Shown here piece after piece: positions 9,969-23,200 of a DNA stretch of 64,000 bases. The notes below the pieces were generated by a model. That model did no database searches. It was not told where the DNA came from and saw only the letters and a list, made by a program, of their open reading frames with translations. Origin of the DNA: a virus (lineage: Duplodnaviria > Caudoviricetes). The position numbers and the translations under genes were made by a program. Positions within the stretch are counted from its first letter, which is position 1. Each line of letters starts with the position of its first letter. Location of the stretch: the IMG/VR virus record IMGVR_UViG_3300028886_000003, positions 1 through 64,000 of that record; one strand, written 5' to 3'.

Positions 9969-11011
9969 TGGATAGTGGAGAATTATTTCAATCATTAAAC
10001 TCAAAAGGCCGTAATTTACAAACTAATGTTCAAATTATTACTTTAGATGATAATTTAAGTCATCCATATTTTACATCAGTTAATATGGCTAAAGATAATC
10101 TTAGACCTATGGGTTCTGTTGTAGTAGAAACAATGTACACACCTTATATTTCAGATTATTGGATTAAATATAGAGGTATTGTTGTTGTAAGTTTTGATAT
10201 TAAAGAAATGCATTATACTAATACTAATACTAAATCATATTTAGAGGAACATGAATTAAAACAAAGAATTAATAATACAGAATATAATTATTCTTTTGTT
10301 GGGCGAGTTGGACAATTTAAACAAAAAGGTAATAAATTTATTATTCATTTTCAAGATGTAGGGTGGAAATTTTTACAAAAAGTACCTAAGGAATTTCGTG
10401 ATACCTATATAGCAAATCAACCTTTAGACCAAGCTTTTCAGGCTATATGTGAGTTCCTTGGAGTTCAATTTGCTTATAGTATCGAGGATTTACATGAATT
10501 TAATTTTGGAGCTGATGGTTATTCTGTTACAAAAGATAATCAAGTAATAGAAGATGTTAAAACTATTTTATCGGAATGGGGGCAAGCTCCTGAAGAAGAA
10601 GAGGAAAATGAAGAAGAGGATGAATTAGCAGATCCAAAACTTGAAAATGAGGGATTAATAGAAATAGATAAAAAAAATAAAGATAATAAAGATTATGTTA
10701 AAAAAGAAAATAATGATAAAAAAATAGAAGAAAATAAAGATGATACACAAGCTACAATAGATAAATATCAAGAAGAGTTTGATGAAAAAATACGTGATCT
10801 TTTTATTGGTAATAGTTATTATGAGTCAGATGTAGCAAGTAATGTTATGAATTATGATCAAATTACAGTAACACCTGTAGCTCCAGCAAATGATACAACA
10901 ACAACTAATTCAAGTATGGATACTACTGAAGAAGGAAATCAACAAACTGATGGAACTGGTACTGCTGATCAAAATTCATCTGATCAAAATCAAACTAATA
11001 CCACATCATAA
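9968..11011 (+). CDS. Baseplate hub-like protein, N-terminal half (paralog B)
   Basis: Shares 'QKxPxEFR...NQ..xxAFQAICEFLGV' and 'VMNYDxITxxP' with 6588..8060. Confidence 0.55.
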   Translation: MDSGELFQSLNSKGRNLQTNVQIITLDDNLSHPYFTSVNMAKDNLRPMGSVVVETMYTPYISDYWIKYRGIVVVSFDIKEMHYTNTNTKSYLEEHELKQRINNTEYNYSFVGRVGQFKQKGNKFIIHFQDVGWKFLQKVPKEFRDTYIANQPLDQAFQAICEFLGVQFAYSIEDLHEFNFGADGYSVTKDNQVIEDVKTILSEWGQAPEEEEENEEEDELADPKLENEGLIEIDKKNKDNKDYVKKENNDKKIEENKDDTQATIDKYQEEFDEKIRDLFIGNSYYESDVASNVMNYDQITVTPVAPANDTTTTNSSMDTTEEGNQQTDGTGTADQNSSDQNQTNTTS

Positions 11012-11029
11012 TTAATTAGAGGTTTTAAA

Positions 11030-12502
11030 ATGAGTCAAAAAATATTTAGACATACACCATATAGAGGTGCTGACGCAATAAAAATTTTAGCAGGTACAAA
11101 AACTAATGCTACTATTAGAGATATTGAAGAAACTATAGAAGATATTGAAGAAAAAGAAGGTACTGTTGTTTCTATTGATAAAGATAAAATTAATGGAAAT
11201 GGTTGGACTGTAAAAGATGATGAAGGAACAGAATATCAATGTAATTGTGCTTCAAATATGTATCAATTACCTGAAACAGAGGAATATGGTGGGATGTATT
11301 ATCCAAAAGAGCCAGTAACAGTAAAATTTACACTTAACCCTGTTTTACGTACAGCTACAATTACTGAAATTACATCATTAGGAAAAGATGAAGAATCACT
11401 TGATTTATCAAAATGGAAACATGGTGATAAAGCTACTAAAATTATAGCAAGTCCTAAGTCTGCAATATCAATATCAGATGGAATTATAAGTTTTAATTAT
11501 GATAACAATAATAAAATAAATATTGATGAAGAGGAAGCAGGTATTGACGGAAAAAAAACTTCTATTCGTACAAATGCTTTAGAAATAAAAAGTCAAGATA
11601 TAAGTATACAAGATATGCCTCTTGTAGATTATGTTGAAAAATATGCACAAGAAGCGACAAATCAAATGAATACTCAATTAAAAGCAAGTACAAGTGCTTG
11701 GCAAGTAGATAATATTGGGCAATTAAATTTAAATATTAAGAGCATTAATATTCCTGCAGATCAACAACGTATCATAAAAGATTTAAAAGATCCAAGTATG
11801 TATCCACAAGAAAAACAACGACATATATTATTAGTTGGAGATAATATCGATGAATTATATATATATCCTAATGGTTTAGTAACAGTAAAATCTCGTGGAG
11901 CACCAAGAACTGATAAAGACTTATTTAATACATATAATTGGATTGCATCACCTTACTCTTATAAAAATTTAATAGTAGTAACTGTATCTAAAACCTGTGT
12001 ATGTTGTACTGAGGATATTAGAGGAACTCAAACATATTTTAATTATTGTCCGCATTGTAAAACTTGGAATACATTATATCATAGTAGTAACACTATAGCA
12101 TGTAATGCTTGTCATAATAATTGGTGTCAAGCTTGTGGGCATATGATAGGTACTGATTGTAGTAATAGACAATACAATTTAAAAAGATATAATGATTTTG
12201 TTATATCTGTAGAAAGTATTCCTTGTGATTATTGCAAAGATGAAATTCCACAAGGTAAAAAACGTCAATATGCTAATTATTGTCCTAAATGTCATGGCTG
12301 GAATTATTTAGATATTAGTGATGAATATGTAAAAGGAGAAAATCGTAGATATTTACATTGTAGTAATTGTGGTGAGTCTTATTGTGCTAATTGTTCTATA
12401 TCACAAGGGAAAAGTTTTATTAAATCATTTTTAAATGATAATTATGGTTACAATGCATTTGTATCAAATTTTAGAAAAATTAAACATATAAAGGATGAGT
12501 AA
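11030..12502 (+). CDS. Putative baseplate spike (gpV-like) with two C-terminal 8-Cys metal-binding repeats
   Basis: OB-fold-like N-terminus ('EGTVVSID...GWTV'), then short beta repeats, then two CxxC...NYCPxC..WN...CxxC...CxxC units. It sits just before gpJ. Confidence 0.5.
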   Translation: MSQKIFRHTPYRGADAIKILAGTKTNATIRDIEETIEDIEEKEGTVVSIDKDKINGNGWTVKDDEGTEYQCNCASNMYQLPETEEYGGMYYPKEPVTVKFTLNPVLRTATITEITSLGKDEESLDLSKWKHGDKATKIIASPKSAISISDGIISFNYDNNNKINIDEEEAGIDGKKTSIRTNALEIKSQDISIQDMPLVDYVEKYAQEATNQMNTQLKASTSAWQVDNIGQLNLNIKSINIPADQQRIIKDLKDPSMYPQEKQRHILLVGDNIDELYIYPNGLVTVKSRGAPRTDKDLFNTYNWIASPYSYKNLIVVTVSKTCVCCTEDIRGTQTYFNYCPHCKTWNTLYHSSNTIACNACHNNWCQACGHMIGTDCSNRQYNLKRYNDFVISVESIPCDYCKDEIPQGKKRQYANYCPKCHGWNYLDISDEYVKGENRRYLHCSNCGESYCANCSISQGKSFIKSFLNDNYGYNAFVSNFRKIKHIKDE

Positions 12503-12504
12503 AT

Positions 12505-13677
12505 ATGGTTGAATTGATTATTAATAATGGAGAAGATTTATTAACACGCCTATGGAATAATGCTATATCAAGAGGCCTTGTTAATAGACGTATAGATAGT
12601 TCTAGGTTAGGTTTATTATTTTCTGCAATTGCAAGTGAACAAAATACAGTTATTAGTCTAATACAATCATATTTAAATCAATTTGCATTAGCTACAAGTA
12701 CTGATAAAATAATTGTTGAAAATTTAGCAAGAATGTTTGCTGTTCGTAGATTATCAAGTAAATCTAAGGTAGTACTTGAATTTTATCGTTTACAAGATGA
12801 AAATTCTACTATACGTATTAAAGCAGGATTTAAGGTTGGTTCTAGGTCAGATTCACGAGTTGCTTTCAGAACTATCTCTGATGCATATCTTTTTAAAGGT
12901 TCACAATCTGTTACAGTTATAGCATATTCTGTTTCTTCAGGTTCTAAAAATAATGTAGAAGCAGGAGTATTAAATAAATTTGAAAATAATGGATATAATG
13001 CTCAAATTGGTGTTATTAACCCAGAACCAGCATTCGGTGGATATAATGATGAATCTATTGAATCTCTACGTAGAAGAGCAACAGGATTTAGATATGATCG
13101 TGATGGCACAAAATATAACATACAACAATTATTATATCAAAATGGAATTCCTACATATAGATATGCTTTACGAGAATATAGTGATGGACCAGGAACTTTT
13201 CAAGTTTGTATAGACACAAGTTCAGATGCTGAATTCGATGACATAGTAAGATCATTAAATTACAGACAGTTTGTAGGTGTAAAACCTAATTATGTTCGTG
13301 CAACAAGAGTATACATTAATATTTATGTTTCTATCACAACAACAGGAGAAAAAGATTACACACCACTTGAAAAACAAAATATTTACAATCAAGTAAATAC
13401 TCGTATACAACGTTTCTTTGCAACTTATTGTGCCGTTGGTAGTGATTTAAATATTAGTAATTTAAAATCATCATTATATTCCGAATTAAGTAGTTTTGAA
13501 ATTGAAAATATAACTTTAAGCTTTGATCATGGAATTGTAGTTAATAAGAACAATACAATTGTTATTCCTGATGAATCTCGTGTATTCCCTAGCAGAATAA
13601 TCACAGATATTAATTATAATGGAGATTATACTTTTGTAGCAGATACTGATGATAGTACACTTTTCGAAGGTGAATAA
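12505..13677 (+). CDS. Baseplate J-like wedge protein
   Basis: Motifs 'VRRLSSKSKVVLEF', 'G..NNV.AG.L' and 'VINPEPAFGGYNDESIESLRRRA' are typical of Baseplate_J. Confidence 0.85.
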   Translation: MVELIINNGEDLLTRLWNNAISRGLVNRRIDSSRLGLLFSAIASEQNTVISLIQSYLNQFALATSTDKIIVENLARMFAVRRLSSKSKVVLEFYRLQDENSTIRIKAGFKVGSRSDSRVAFRTISDAYLFKGSQSVTVIAYSVSSGSKNNVEAGVLNKFENNGYNAQIGVINPEPAFGGYNDESIESLRRRATGFRYDRDGTKYNIQQLLYQNGIPTYRYALREYSDGPGTFQVCIDTSSDAEFDDIVRSLNYRQFVGVKPNYVRATRVYINIYVSITTTGEKDYTPLEKQNIYNQVNTRIQRFFATYCAVGSDLNISNLKSSLYSELSSFEIENITLSFDHGIVVNKNNTIVIPDESRVFPSRIITDINYNGDYTFVADTDDSTLFEGE

Positions 13678-13679
13678 AA

Positions 13680-14231
13680 ATGGTTATATGTAATCGTGAA
13701 ATAGTTAAAACAATTACTTCAGATAATATTGATATTGATTCAGATTTTGATGAAAGAAAATGTCAAAATTTAAATCCTAATGCTGATATGTTAGATTTTA
13801 GAACTGCAATGGATAATCTTTCTTTTTATGAAAAAACAGATTTTGAACCATGTCAAGATCTATGGATGGTTTCAGATGCAGAATGCTTATGGCAATGTAT
13901 TGTTGGAGAAGTAAAAACACCATATCGTTCATTAAGTAATTCTTTAGGGCAATTAAATTATGGTTGTAAAATTTGGCAAATGATTGGTAGAAATTTAGAC
14001 CCACTTGAAATTAAAGATTTTGAGCATTATATTATTGAAACATGTTTGAAATATAATGAAGTAAATAATGTAACTAAAATTGATACTAAAATTGCAAGAA
14101 ATGGAGGAGCTCTACTTTGTGAATTAACTGTTGATAGTATTTATGGAGTTTTTGATGGAAAAATAAGAATACCAAGAGCTTTCCCAAGTAAACACAATTG
14201 GATATCAAAAGACAAATATGGTATCTCTTAA
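13680..14231 (+). CDS. gp25/gpW-like baseplate wedge (sheath initiator)
   Basis: Contains 'NYGCKIWQMIG...IIETCLKYNEVNNV'. Size and position match the gp25-like family. Confidence 0.65.
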   Translation: MVICNREIVKTITSDNIDIDSDFDERKCQNLNPNADMLDFRTAMDNLSFYEKTDFEPCQDLWMVSDAECLWQCIVGEVKTPYRSLSNSLGQLNYGCKIWQMIGRNLDPLEIKDFEHYIIETCLKYNEVNNVTKIDTKIARNGGALLCELTVDSIYGVFDGKIRIPRAFPSKHNWISKDKYGIS

Positions 14232-14235
14232 ATAC

Positions 14236-14260
14236 ATTAGAAGTAATAAATTATCATAAT
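14236..14260 (+). promoter_or_regulatory. Putative viral promoter motif ATTAGA-N13-CATAAT
   Basis: Intergenic, 51 nt upstream of the ATG at 14287. Similar motifs occur at 31202, 36337, 43577 and 57882 (-). Confidence 0.4.
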
Positions 14261-14286
14261 TATTTTTATCATTGAGGTTTTATTAA

Positions 14287-17200
14287 ATGAAATATAGTGA
14301 AATAATTGATAATATTGATTTTCATAAAAATATGCAAGAAACAAATTGGCTAAAGCTCTTTCCAAAATGGTGGTCTGAAAATGATCCATTATTAAAAATT
14401 ATTGGAGATGAAATTGAGTTAATGAAAGCTCAAGCTATTTTTGAGTTACTTAACACAGTTTTAAAGCCACCTGTAATGATTTGGCAAGAGTCTATTGATC
14501 ATAAAGAATATAAAGAATCTTTTTCAATTGTTGATGAAAAAAATGAATCAATTAAATTGCCAGGACCTCAATATAAAACATATGGAAAAATTAAAATAAA
14601 AAATAATACAATAGATGATATTAGTGATTTAAAAATTTATTTAAATGAAACTGACTATATTGTAATATTAGATACAATAACAACAGATGATGAAATACTT
14701 ATTAATGTTGGTAATTCAGAAAAAGTATATATTAATAACGAAGAAGCTAATATCAAAAAATATGGAAAAGGATTATCTTATTTTTCAACAGTAGCAAATT
14801 TAAAAAAGATTGACCCAACAGTTACTAAAACTAATAAAGATGGGCATACAGTTATATTCGAAATAGATATGCCTGATGATTATGTAGGGCATTTAAAAAT
14901 TACTGATGATCAGAAAGTTGTTGTATTTGATGAAGATATTACAAATGAAGATGGAACACTCTCTATTCAAGTAAATGATTTAAAATATATAAATAGAAAC
15001 TTTATATTAAAATTTACAAACAGTAATGAATACCTTGATACTATATACAATGTAAAAGATAAAACATCAATAGTAAATACTGATAATCTAAAACCTTTAC
15101 ATAATGAAGCTATTATGGTTTCAATTGATTGTGATAAAAAAGTTAATTTTGATATAGATGTTATACTTGATAATGTTGTTTTTATTAATGAACAAAATAT
15201 AGAAGTTCATGGATTAGAACTAATACCAATCGATAGAATAGAAATGTTTGCTTTATATGATTTTCCATATAACCAAAGAGTTAGTGGATGGTTTAAAGTA
15301 TATGAAAAAGAATATGATGAAAATACAAGTGTTGTATATGATATGATAACAACACATTTCTATACAAAAAAATTCTATGTTGAAGTATATTTCAAAGGAT
15401 TAGATCTCCCATACAAAGTTGGATTCCCTGCTTATAAAGATGCTGAAAAACAATCTATGTACCATATTAATGAGCACATTGATGAATGGGGTAAATATTT
15501 TGGATTAAAACGAAGAGATTACAAAACTTCTATTCCAGATAAAGACTATCCTTTTACATATCCAAAGTTTTATCCTTTTGATATTGAACAAGATTATTGG
15601 TATTATCAAAGATTAATTAATGAATATGCATGGAATGACTTAGCTATTAATGAAGTCGATTTAATTGATACAGAAGGAAATCCTATGGTACGATTGCATT
15701 CTATTGATCCTTTTGTTCAGGATTTTGTTGTTTATGCTAATTCAAGGTATCCGAAAGAACGTGAAAATATTGATTATAGTTTATTTAATGTTACAAATGT
15801 AGATTATAAACATCTTGAAGCAGAATATAAACGTGCAGGATTTGCTGATTTACAGAATTTACTTCATTATGATGATAATAAAGCATATGTAATATTAGGA
15901 AATAAAAAAGGATTACATATTTCATCAGAAGCATATAAATCAAAACCATTAAAGACTAATTTTGATTTAACTTATTTACCTGAGGATATTGATATTGAAG
16001 ATATTGTTGTTTTAGTAGAGGGGGAAGCTACTGATAATAATGTAGATAAATTTAGTAACGAAGAAACAGGTATTATTATTCATGGAATTGATGAAGATAA
16101 AGTTTTTAAAATGAATCCATCTGATATATATGGAATGGAAGAAAAAACTATAGAATATCATTTATCTGATAGCATTAAAGACATAAAGAAATCTATTCAT
16201 CAATATGATGCAAATATTGTGCACAAAGCAATTATTAAACCTTTTACTGCTAAACAAGGAACATACGTTAATATTCCTTTTGTTTTAAAAGAAAATGGTG
16301 AAATTGTTGATGATATTACTGAAGTATATGTTACATATGATGGAATTAAAACTTATCAAGCTGAATATTATTCTGATGAAAATGGAAGATATATAAGAGT
16401 ATGGCTGCCAATTTCAACTATTAATTATACAACAATGTCTATTTCATGTAAAAGTAATAAATATAATTCTTTTAGCATAGGAAACATTGCAATAGAAAAC
16501 GTTGTTCAAGAAGAGGAAATCTCAGGCGATATAAAAAATGTTCATTATATATCTGCTCCTATTATCGATGGTAAACAAAAAACATTATATAGTGAAGATG
16601 AATGGCATACAGGAGATTTAAGAAATATCTTACAAAAAGATAGTATTTCCTTTGTAAATACAATAGAAAATAGTAATGAAACCAACACACCTACTATTTT
16701 TATTAAAAACGTTCAATTAAAAATAAAACATAAAGAAAAAAAATCAAGTTTTAAATTACAAACAAGAATAAACACTCAAAACATTCAAGCTCCTAATATA
16801 GGTCAATTATTAGTTACAATCACAAATACTGGAACTACTCAATTATTAACTAAGATTGATATTGTTAATGCTAATAATATTAAATTATCTCAGAATTATA
16901 TTGATGTAGATTTAAATGTCGGACAATCTGACACTATTGCGATTAATATTATACCTGAATATCCTATTTTAGATGGAAGATATGAAATATTAACTATTTG
17001 TGAGGATAAAACTTGTAATAATTCTATATTATTATCATCAAGTGGTTTAATACAAACAGGAGTTAAAATAGATCCAATATATAGTGTATATGGAGCACCT
17101 ATTAATTTAGTTGCATCAGTTGTTAGTAATGATACTAAAATAAATGAAGGAAAGGTTTCTTTTTATATAGATAATTTTAAAATTACAGATTGTGATGTAA

Positions 17201-20200
17201 TTGATGGAAAAGCACAAAAAATAGATAACTCTAAAATCATAACACCAGGTATTCATGTAATAGAAGCACGTTACAGTGGTAGTCCTCGATTTGCATCATC
17301 AAGAATTGCATCATCATTAATCATAACTAAAAATAAAACAGAAATTGCTTTGGATTGTGATCCAACACCAGTATATAATAAAGAATATAGTATTCAGGCA
17401 AGAGTTACAAGTAATGATAGCCCTATAAAAGAAGGAGCTGTTTCCTTTTATATAGATGATGAGTTTATTGGTAAAAAAGAAGTTATTAATGGTAAAAGTA
17501 ATTTTGTTATTCAAAATCTTCAATATTCTCCAAGAGAACATACTCTAAAAGCAATATATGAAGGTACATATAATTATGCAAAAGAAGAAACATCTCAAAT
17601 TATTAATATTATAGGTGGAGAAACAAAAGTAACTGTATTTAAAATTAATGCAAAACCAAAAGATGAAATTATTTTAAAAGCTTTTATTAGTAATGTTTTT
17701 GATATTCCAATATCAACTGGTATAGTTAATTTCTCTATTATGGAAGGAAATAATGTTTTTAAGGCATTTGATTCAATTCCTGTAAAGAAAGGATTTGCAG
17801 AAGTACCATATCAAATACCTAATAATATATTAGAAAATTACGATATTAATGAAGAAAGAACATTTACTATTGTAGCAAATTATGTAGATAATGATAAAGA
17901 GATATATCAGTCTAGCACTAATGAAAATTTACTTGTTGTAAAGCGTGGAGATGTTATTATTGATTGTAATAATATCTTCTTTGGGTCACAACATGAACCA
18001 TTAGGTTTCTTAATTCAAATTAAAGATGAAAGTACTTTAGAGCCTATTAATAAAGGTTTAGTTAAAGTATCTATACCAAGTTTAAGTATAGAATCTGAAT
18101 CAGTAGAAATAGATAATGATGGATATGCTAGAATTATATGTAATCCATTACATTTTACATCTGATGAATTTGAACAATTATTGAATTTTTACTTTAAAGA
18201 AGGAACATTATTACCTCATTCAGATGAAAATAACAACTCTATTAATATATATACAAGTCCAAATGAAGAGTTAGAAAGTATTAATGATGAAAATCTATAT
18301 AGAATATATGATGGAAAAATTGAAGATTTAGATTTAATGGATTTTGATATTGATGCAAACAATCATTTAATATATAGAATAACTAATAAAGATGGAACTG
18401 AAGAAGATATGGAGCAAATTTTTATCGGTGAAGATAAAAGATTATATGCACGAACAACATTTGATGCACGAGATATTCGTCAATATCAAGAAGGACTATT
18501 TTCTGTTAACATTAATTATACACCTGATGAGTCATATAATGAAAAAAATAAAAATAACACAATACAATTAAGAAGATCTGTTGTTAATATAGATGTTCAT
18601 TCTCATAAAATTAAATATAACGATAAGGAAAAAAATATTATTTGTTATGTGAGTGAATATAATTTAGATTCTGAGCAAGGCAATAATATAAATGATGGGC
18701 AAGTAGTTTTCTTTATTGATAATAAAAAGATTAAAACAAGTGATATAGTAGATGGAAAAGCTATTTTATCTCCTAATGATTTATATAGCGTTCAACATGG
18801 TAACCATTTATTAACAGCAGAATATATAGGGAATAATGTTCCTCATACCTATACTTATGCTTTTATAGATGTTGAACCGATTACTTCTGTAATTACATAT
18901 AATTTTGATAAACAATTTAAGGGTGAAAAATCAAAACTAACAGTAACGATAGGAATTGAAAAATCACAAATACCTATTACTGGAGATATTGATTTATTTT
19001 TAGATGATAAACTTATAGCATCACAAAAATTATTAGGATTGGAAGACATCCAAGGAAATATTTCTAATGATGTATATAATGAAAAACATATGTCTATAAG
19101 TTCAGTAGATTTTATTATTGATATGCCTAATGATATTGATATTAATAGACATACATTAGTTATTAAATATTCAGGTGATAAACATATACTACCACAAAGT
19201 GAAACATTAGTTTTACATGAAGAACCTATAGATATTCATATTAAGAATATTTATGATGTTTATGTTGCTCAAAATAATACTTGCAACATTATTTATGAAT
19301 TATGCTCAAAAAGTAATAATTTTATTAATGAAGGCAAATTGGTATTAGCTAATAGTATTACTCAAGAAATTAAAGCAAAAGGATATGTAAAAAATAATAA
19401 AGTAAAATTATCATTTTATGTCAATGAATTACCAGACACATACATTTATAGTTTAAAATACATAAATAGTACACATTACAAAATGAAAGAGGAAGCACAA
19501 AATATTATTGTGCAAGAGCCTAAAAATGATGTATATGTAATGCAAAATGCTGAAAATAATGTATTTCATGTTAATACAATCGAAGATGCTTTACAATGCA
19601 TATCTGATAATGGTAATATACATATTGTAGATTATGCTAATATTGGAGAAGATTTAATCATTAATAAAAATGTTAATATAATTGGACATAATAATTCTGA
19701 GTTAAGAAAAGATATAGATGATTTATTATCTGATAGTAATAGCGCTATTAAGAAATATTCATTCTCTGATTTTAATGAAACAATATATGAAATTGTAGGA
19801 TTAACAAAAGAACATTTAAATAAAACAGATTTCTACATTGATGGTGTAGACATCTTCTTTGTTAATGATCAAAAATTAATTCCTATTTTCTTACTAAACG
19901 ATGATAAATTTTACTCATATGAACAATTATTAATATCAGATATATTAAGCAATGTTAGCTTAACTCTTAATGGTAATATTAATATTGAAAATGTTCATAT
20001 TTATTCAAATGATTTTAATAATGCAAATGATTTAATAATAATTAATAATGGCCAATTAAATATTGACAAAGCAATTATTGACACCAACGTAAGTATAAAC
20101 AATCAAGGAAACTTAAATATTCATAATAGTGCATTATATTGTAATATTGTTGGTTCAAAAAAATATGATTTAGATAATAATTGGTGGGGGTCAAATCACA

Positions 20201-23200
20201 CTCCAAAATATGAAATTAATAATCAAATAAAATTAGATATTTGGACTGAAGAAGAACCACCGGTTATTGGTGAAGATATACAAATATATGCTGGTTTGGT
20301 AAGTAACGATGGTATGCCTCACCATTTACCAAATTTAGAGTATAATTTTAATGCTAATAGTGGAGATTTTAGTAGTGCTACTGGTTTTTTAATTGGCAAT
20401 ATAGCACGAACAACATATTATGACGGCACAGAAGAAGGAAAAGTATATTGTACAGTCGATCAAGAAACAGTAAGCTTGGATATTTTTAATTATAATCGTA
20501 AAACAGAAATTATTTTAGAACCAGCAACAGACATACCAATTGGATATCAAATTCCATTTCATGCAAGAGTACAAAGTGTAGCTGACACATATTATCTATT
20601 TGACGATAATTTAAATGTTATGCCAAAAGAAAATGATGTAAATGGATATATGAACTTTTATTTAAATGATAAAAAAATTGGTCATGTTCCTGTAAAAAAT
20701 GGTTTTGCTGAATTACCAGTATTTTTATCATCAAAAAAATATAGACCTTCAACAATCTTAACTTTAAAAGCTGAATATATATCAGATGATTATTATTTTA
20801 ATTCAACTGCCTCAAAAGACATTACTTTAATTAATGATCAAAATACATGTTTCGTATCACCTTCAAGCAATGAAGATGGTGATGGTACTTTTGGAAATCC
20901 ATTTGACTCAATAAGAAAAGCAATTTTATCTAACAATACAACTATATATTTAAAAGATGGTACATATTTAGACAATAATATAGAAATTAATTCAGATGTT
21001 ACTATTAAGTCATACAATAATAATTGTATTTTTGAAAATAATGAACAACCTATTTTCATATATAAAGATGGAATATTATCAATTGAAAAATTAACCTTCC
21101 AAAATAATAATAATTTTGTTATTAGTTCAAATATAATAGATACTGATAATAATAAAATTATTAATATAAAGCAATGTATCTTTACTGATCATCAATCTAA
21201 TGCTATTATTGATAATAAACAAAAAACTAATATTACATATTCAGCTATTATAATTAAAAATGATACTAAAATATTTAATCAAGTTTATGAAGGTAGTACA
21301 TTAAAAAAATGTTGGTTCGGTACTAATACACCTAATGATGACCTAAATGAAGATATCGAATTAAATAACTATATTGTAATGGATTTTGATTCATCATTAG
21401 TAAAAAATATTGATGATGAGAATCAATCATATGTTTATATTGGTGCTGTAACTTTATTAAAAGCTACATTATTACATTATTATAATGGAGAGTATTATTT
21501 ATTACCTACTGATGGTGTGCCTCTTCCTTTAAGAATTGCACAATTTTATACTACACATGGTACTTTAATGCCAACTTACGATTATACATATTCTCATAAA
21601 GCTGTGGCATTTTTAAATACTAATACAAGTAATAATGCTGATAAAATAATTTTAACAACACCTGAAAATCAAAATTATCTTAATCAACCTGTAACACTAA
21701 AATGCTATGTTAATGATGCGCAAGGGAATAATATACAAAAAGGTAGTGTTAGATTTAAATTTACATATAATGATGAAGATATTGTGTTAAAGGGTTCTAT
21801 TAATAATGGGGTTGCAAAAGTAACTCATCCTACTCCAATTTTAAAAGGAGAGTATACATTAGAATGTTCTTATGATAAATATACACATATAAGTACTTTT
21901 AAAGTTTCTCAACCTCAAATTATTGTTTCTAATTTTAATATTCAAGATGGTGATCATTTATATAATTTACATTTTGATTTAGAAGCAAAAGATTCATTAA
22001 ATTATGATGTAGATCAAGTGGTTAGTATATATATAGATGATGTTTTTGTTAAAAAAGATAAAATTATAAAAGGAAAACTTAGTGCAAATCTCATATATGA
22101 TTTCTTATCACTTGGTAAGCATAAATTAACAATATCAACTAAAAATATTAGTAGTGATTATGATACTTTTGTTAAAATTGAATATTTCACAGTTAATAAA
22201 AAAGATACATATATTGACTTCCCTTATATTGGAGCATCATTAGGAGAGCCAATTAATTTAATTGTAAAAGTATATGATAATAATCAACGTCCTGTTAAAA
22301 ATGGATATATTAGCGTTTTTTATGATGATGAGATTGTTTATACAGATAATAATTACAGATATAATTTAAATGGTAGAATTAGTAGTATTCCTGTTGTTAA
22401 TGGAATTGCAACTTTATATAATTTTAATACTCAAGAAAAAGGACAACATTCATTAGTAATACATTATTATGGTACTAATACATCTTATAATGATTGTATT
22501 TTTATTAATAATATATTTAATGTAGGATTAGAAGAAGTAGTAATTGAATCTGATGAATTAACTGAACAATTAAATGTAGATATTGGAAAAGAAATGAAAT
22601 TACATTTCCCAATAAAAGATAAATATGGAAATAGTATTAAACGTGGAGTAGTAAAAATTTTATTAGATAACTCAATTCCAATGAATCAAGTACCTCTTAG
22701 TGTAAAAGATGGATATGTTGATTTTGTTGGCACTCTTCCAAATAATACTAAAGCTATGATGCATGATATATCTATAACATATTGTGATCCATTAAACAAG
22801 TATTCAACAACAACATATCAAACTAAATTAAATGTTAAAAAAATTAAAACACAAATTATTATAGATACAATTAATACACCACCTAATACACAAACTAATA
22901 TTGCATATAAGATAGAATCAATTTATGGAATTGTTAATACTGGAGTATTAGAAGCTTATTATAATGACTCTTTAATTGATAGTGCAGATGTATCTGACTC
23001 AGCAAATGAAATTACTTTAAATATACCTCTCTTATCAGCTGAAAATATGTATAAAATCATATTTAAATATGTTAGTAAAACACAAAGTAGTTATGAAAGT
23101 AGTGAAGCAGAAGTTAATATGACTATATCTAAAATTCCTGTTACTATAGAGCCTATTACAACTGAATATTATCCTAAAAAAGATTTTGAATATGGAGTAC

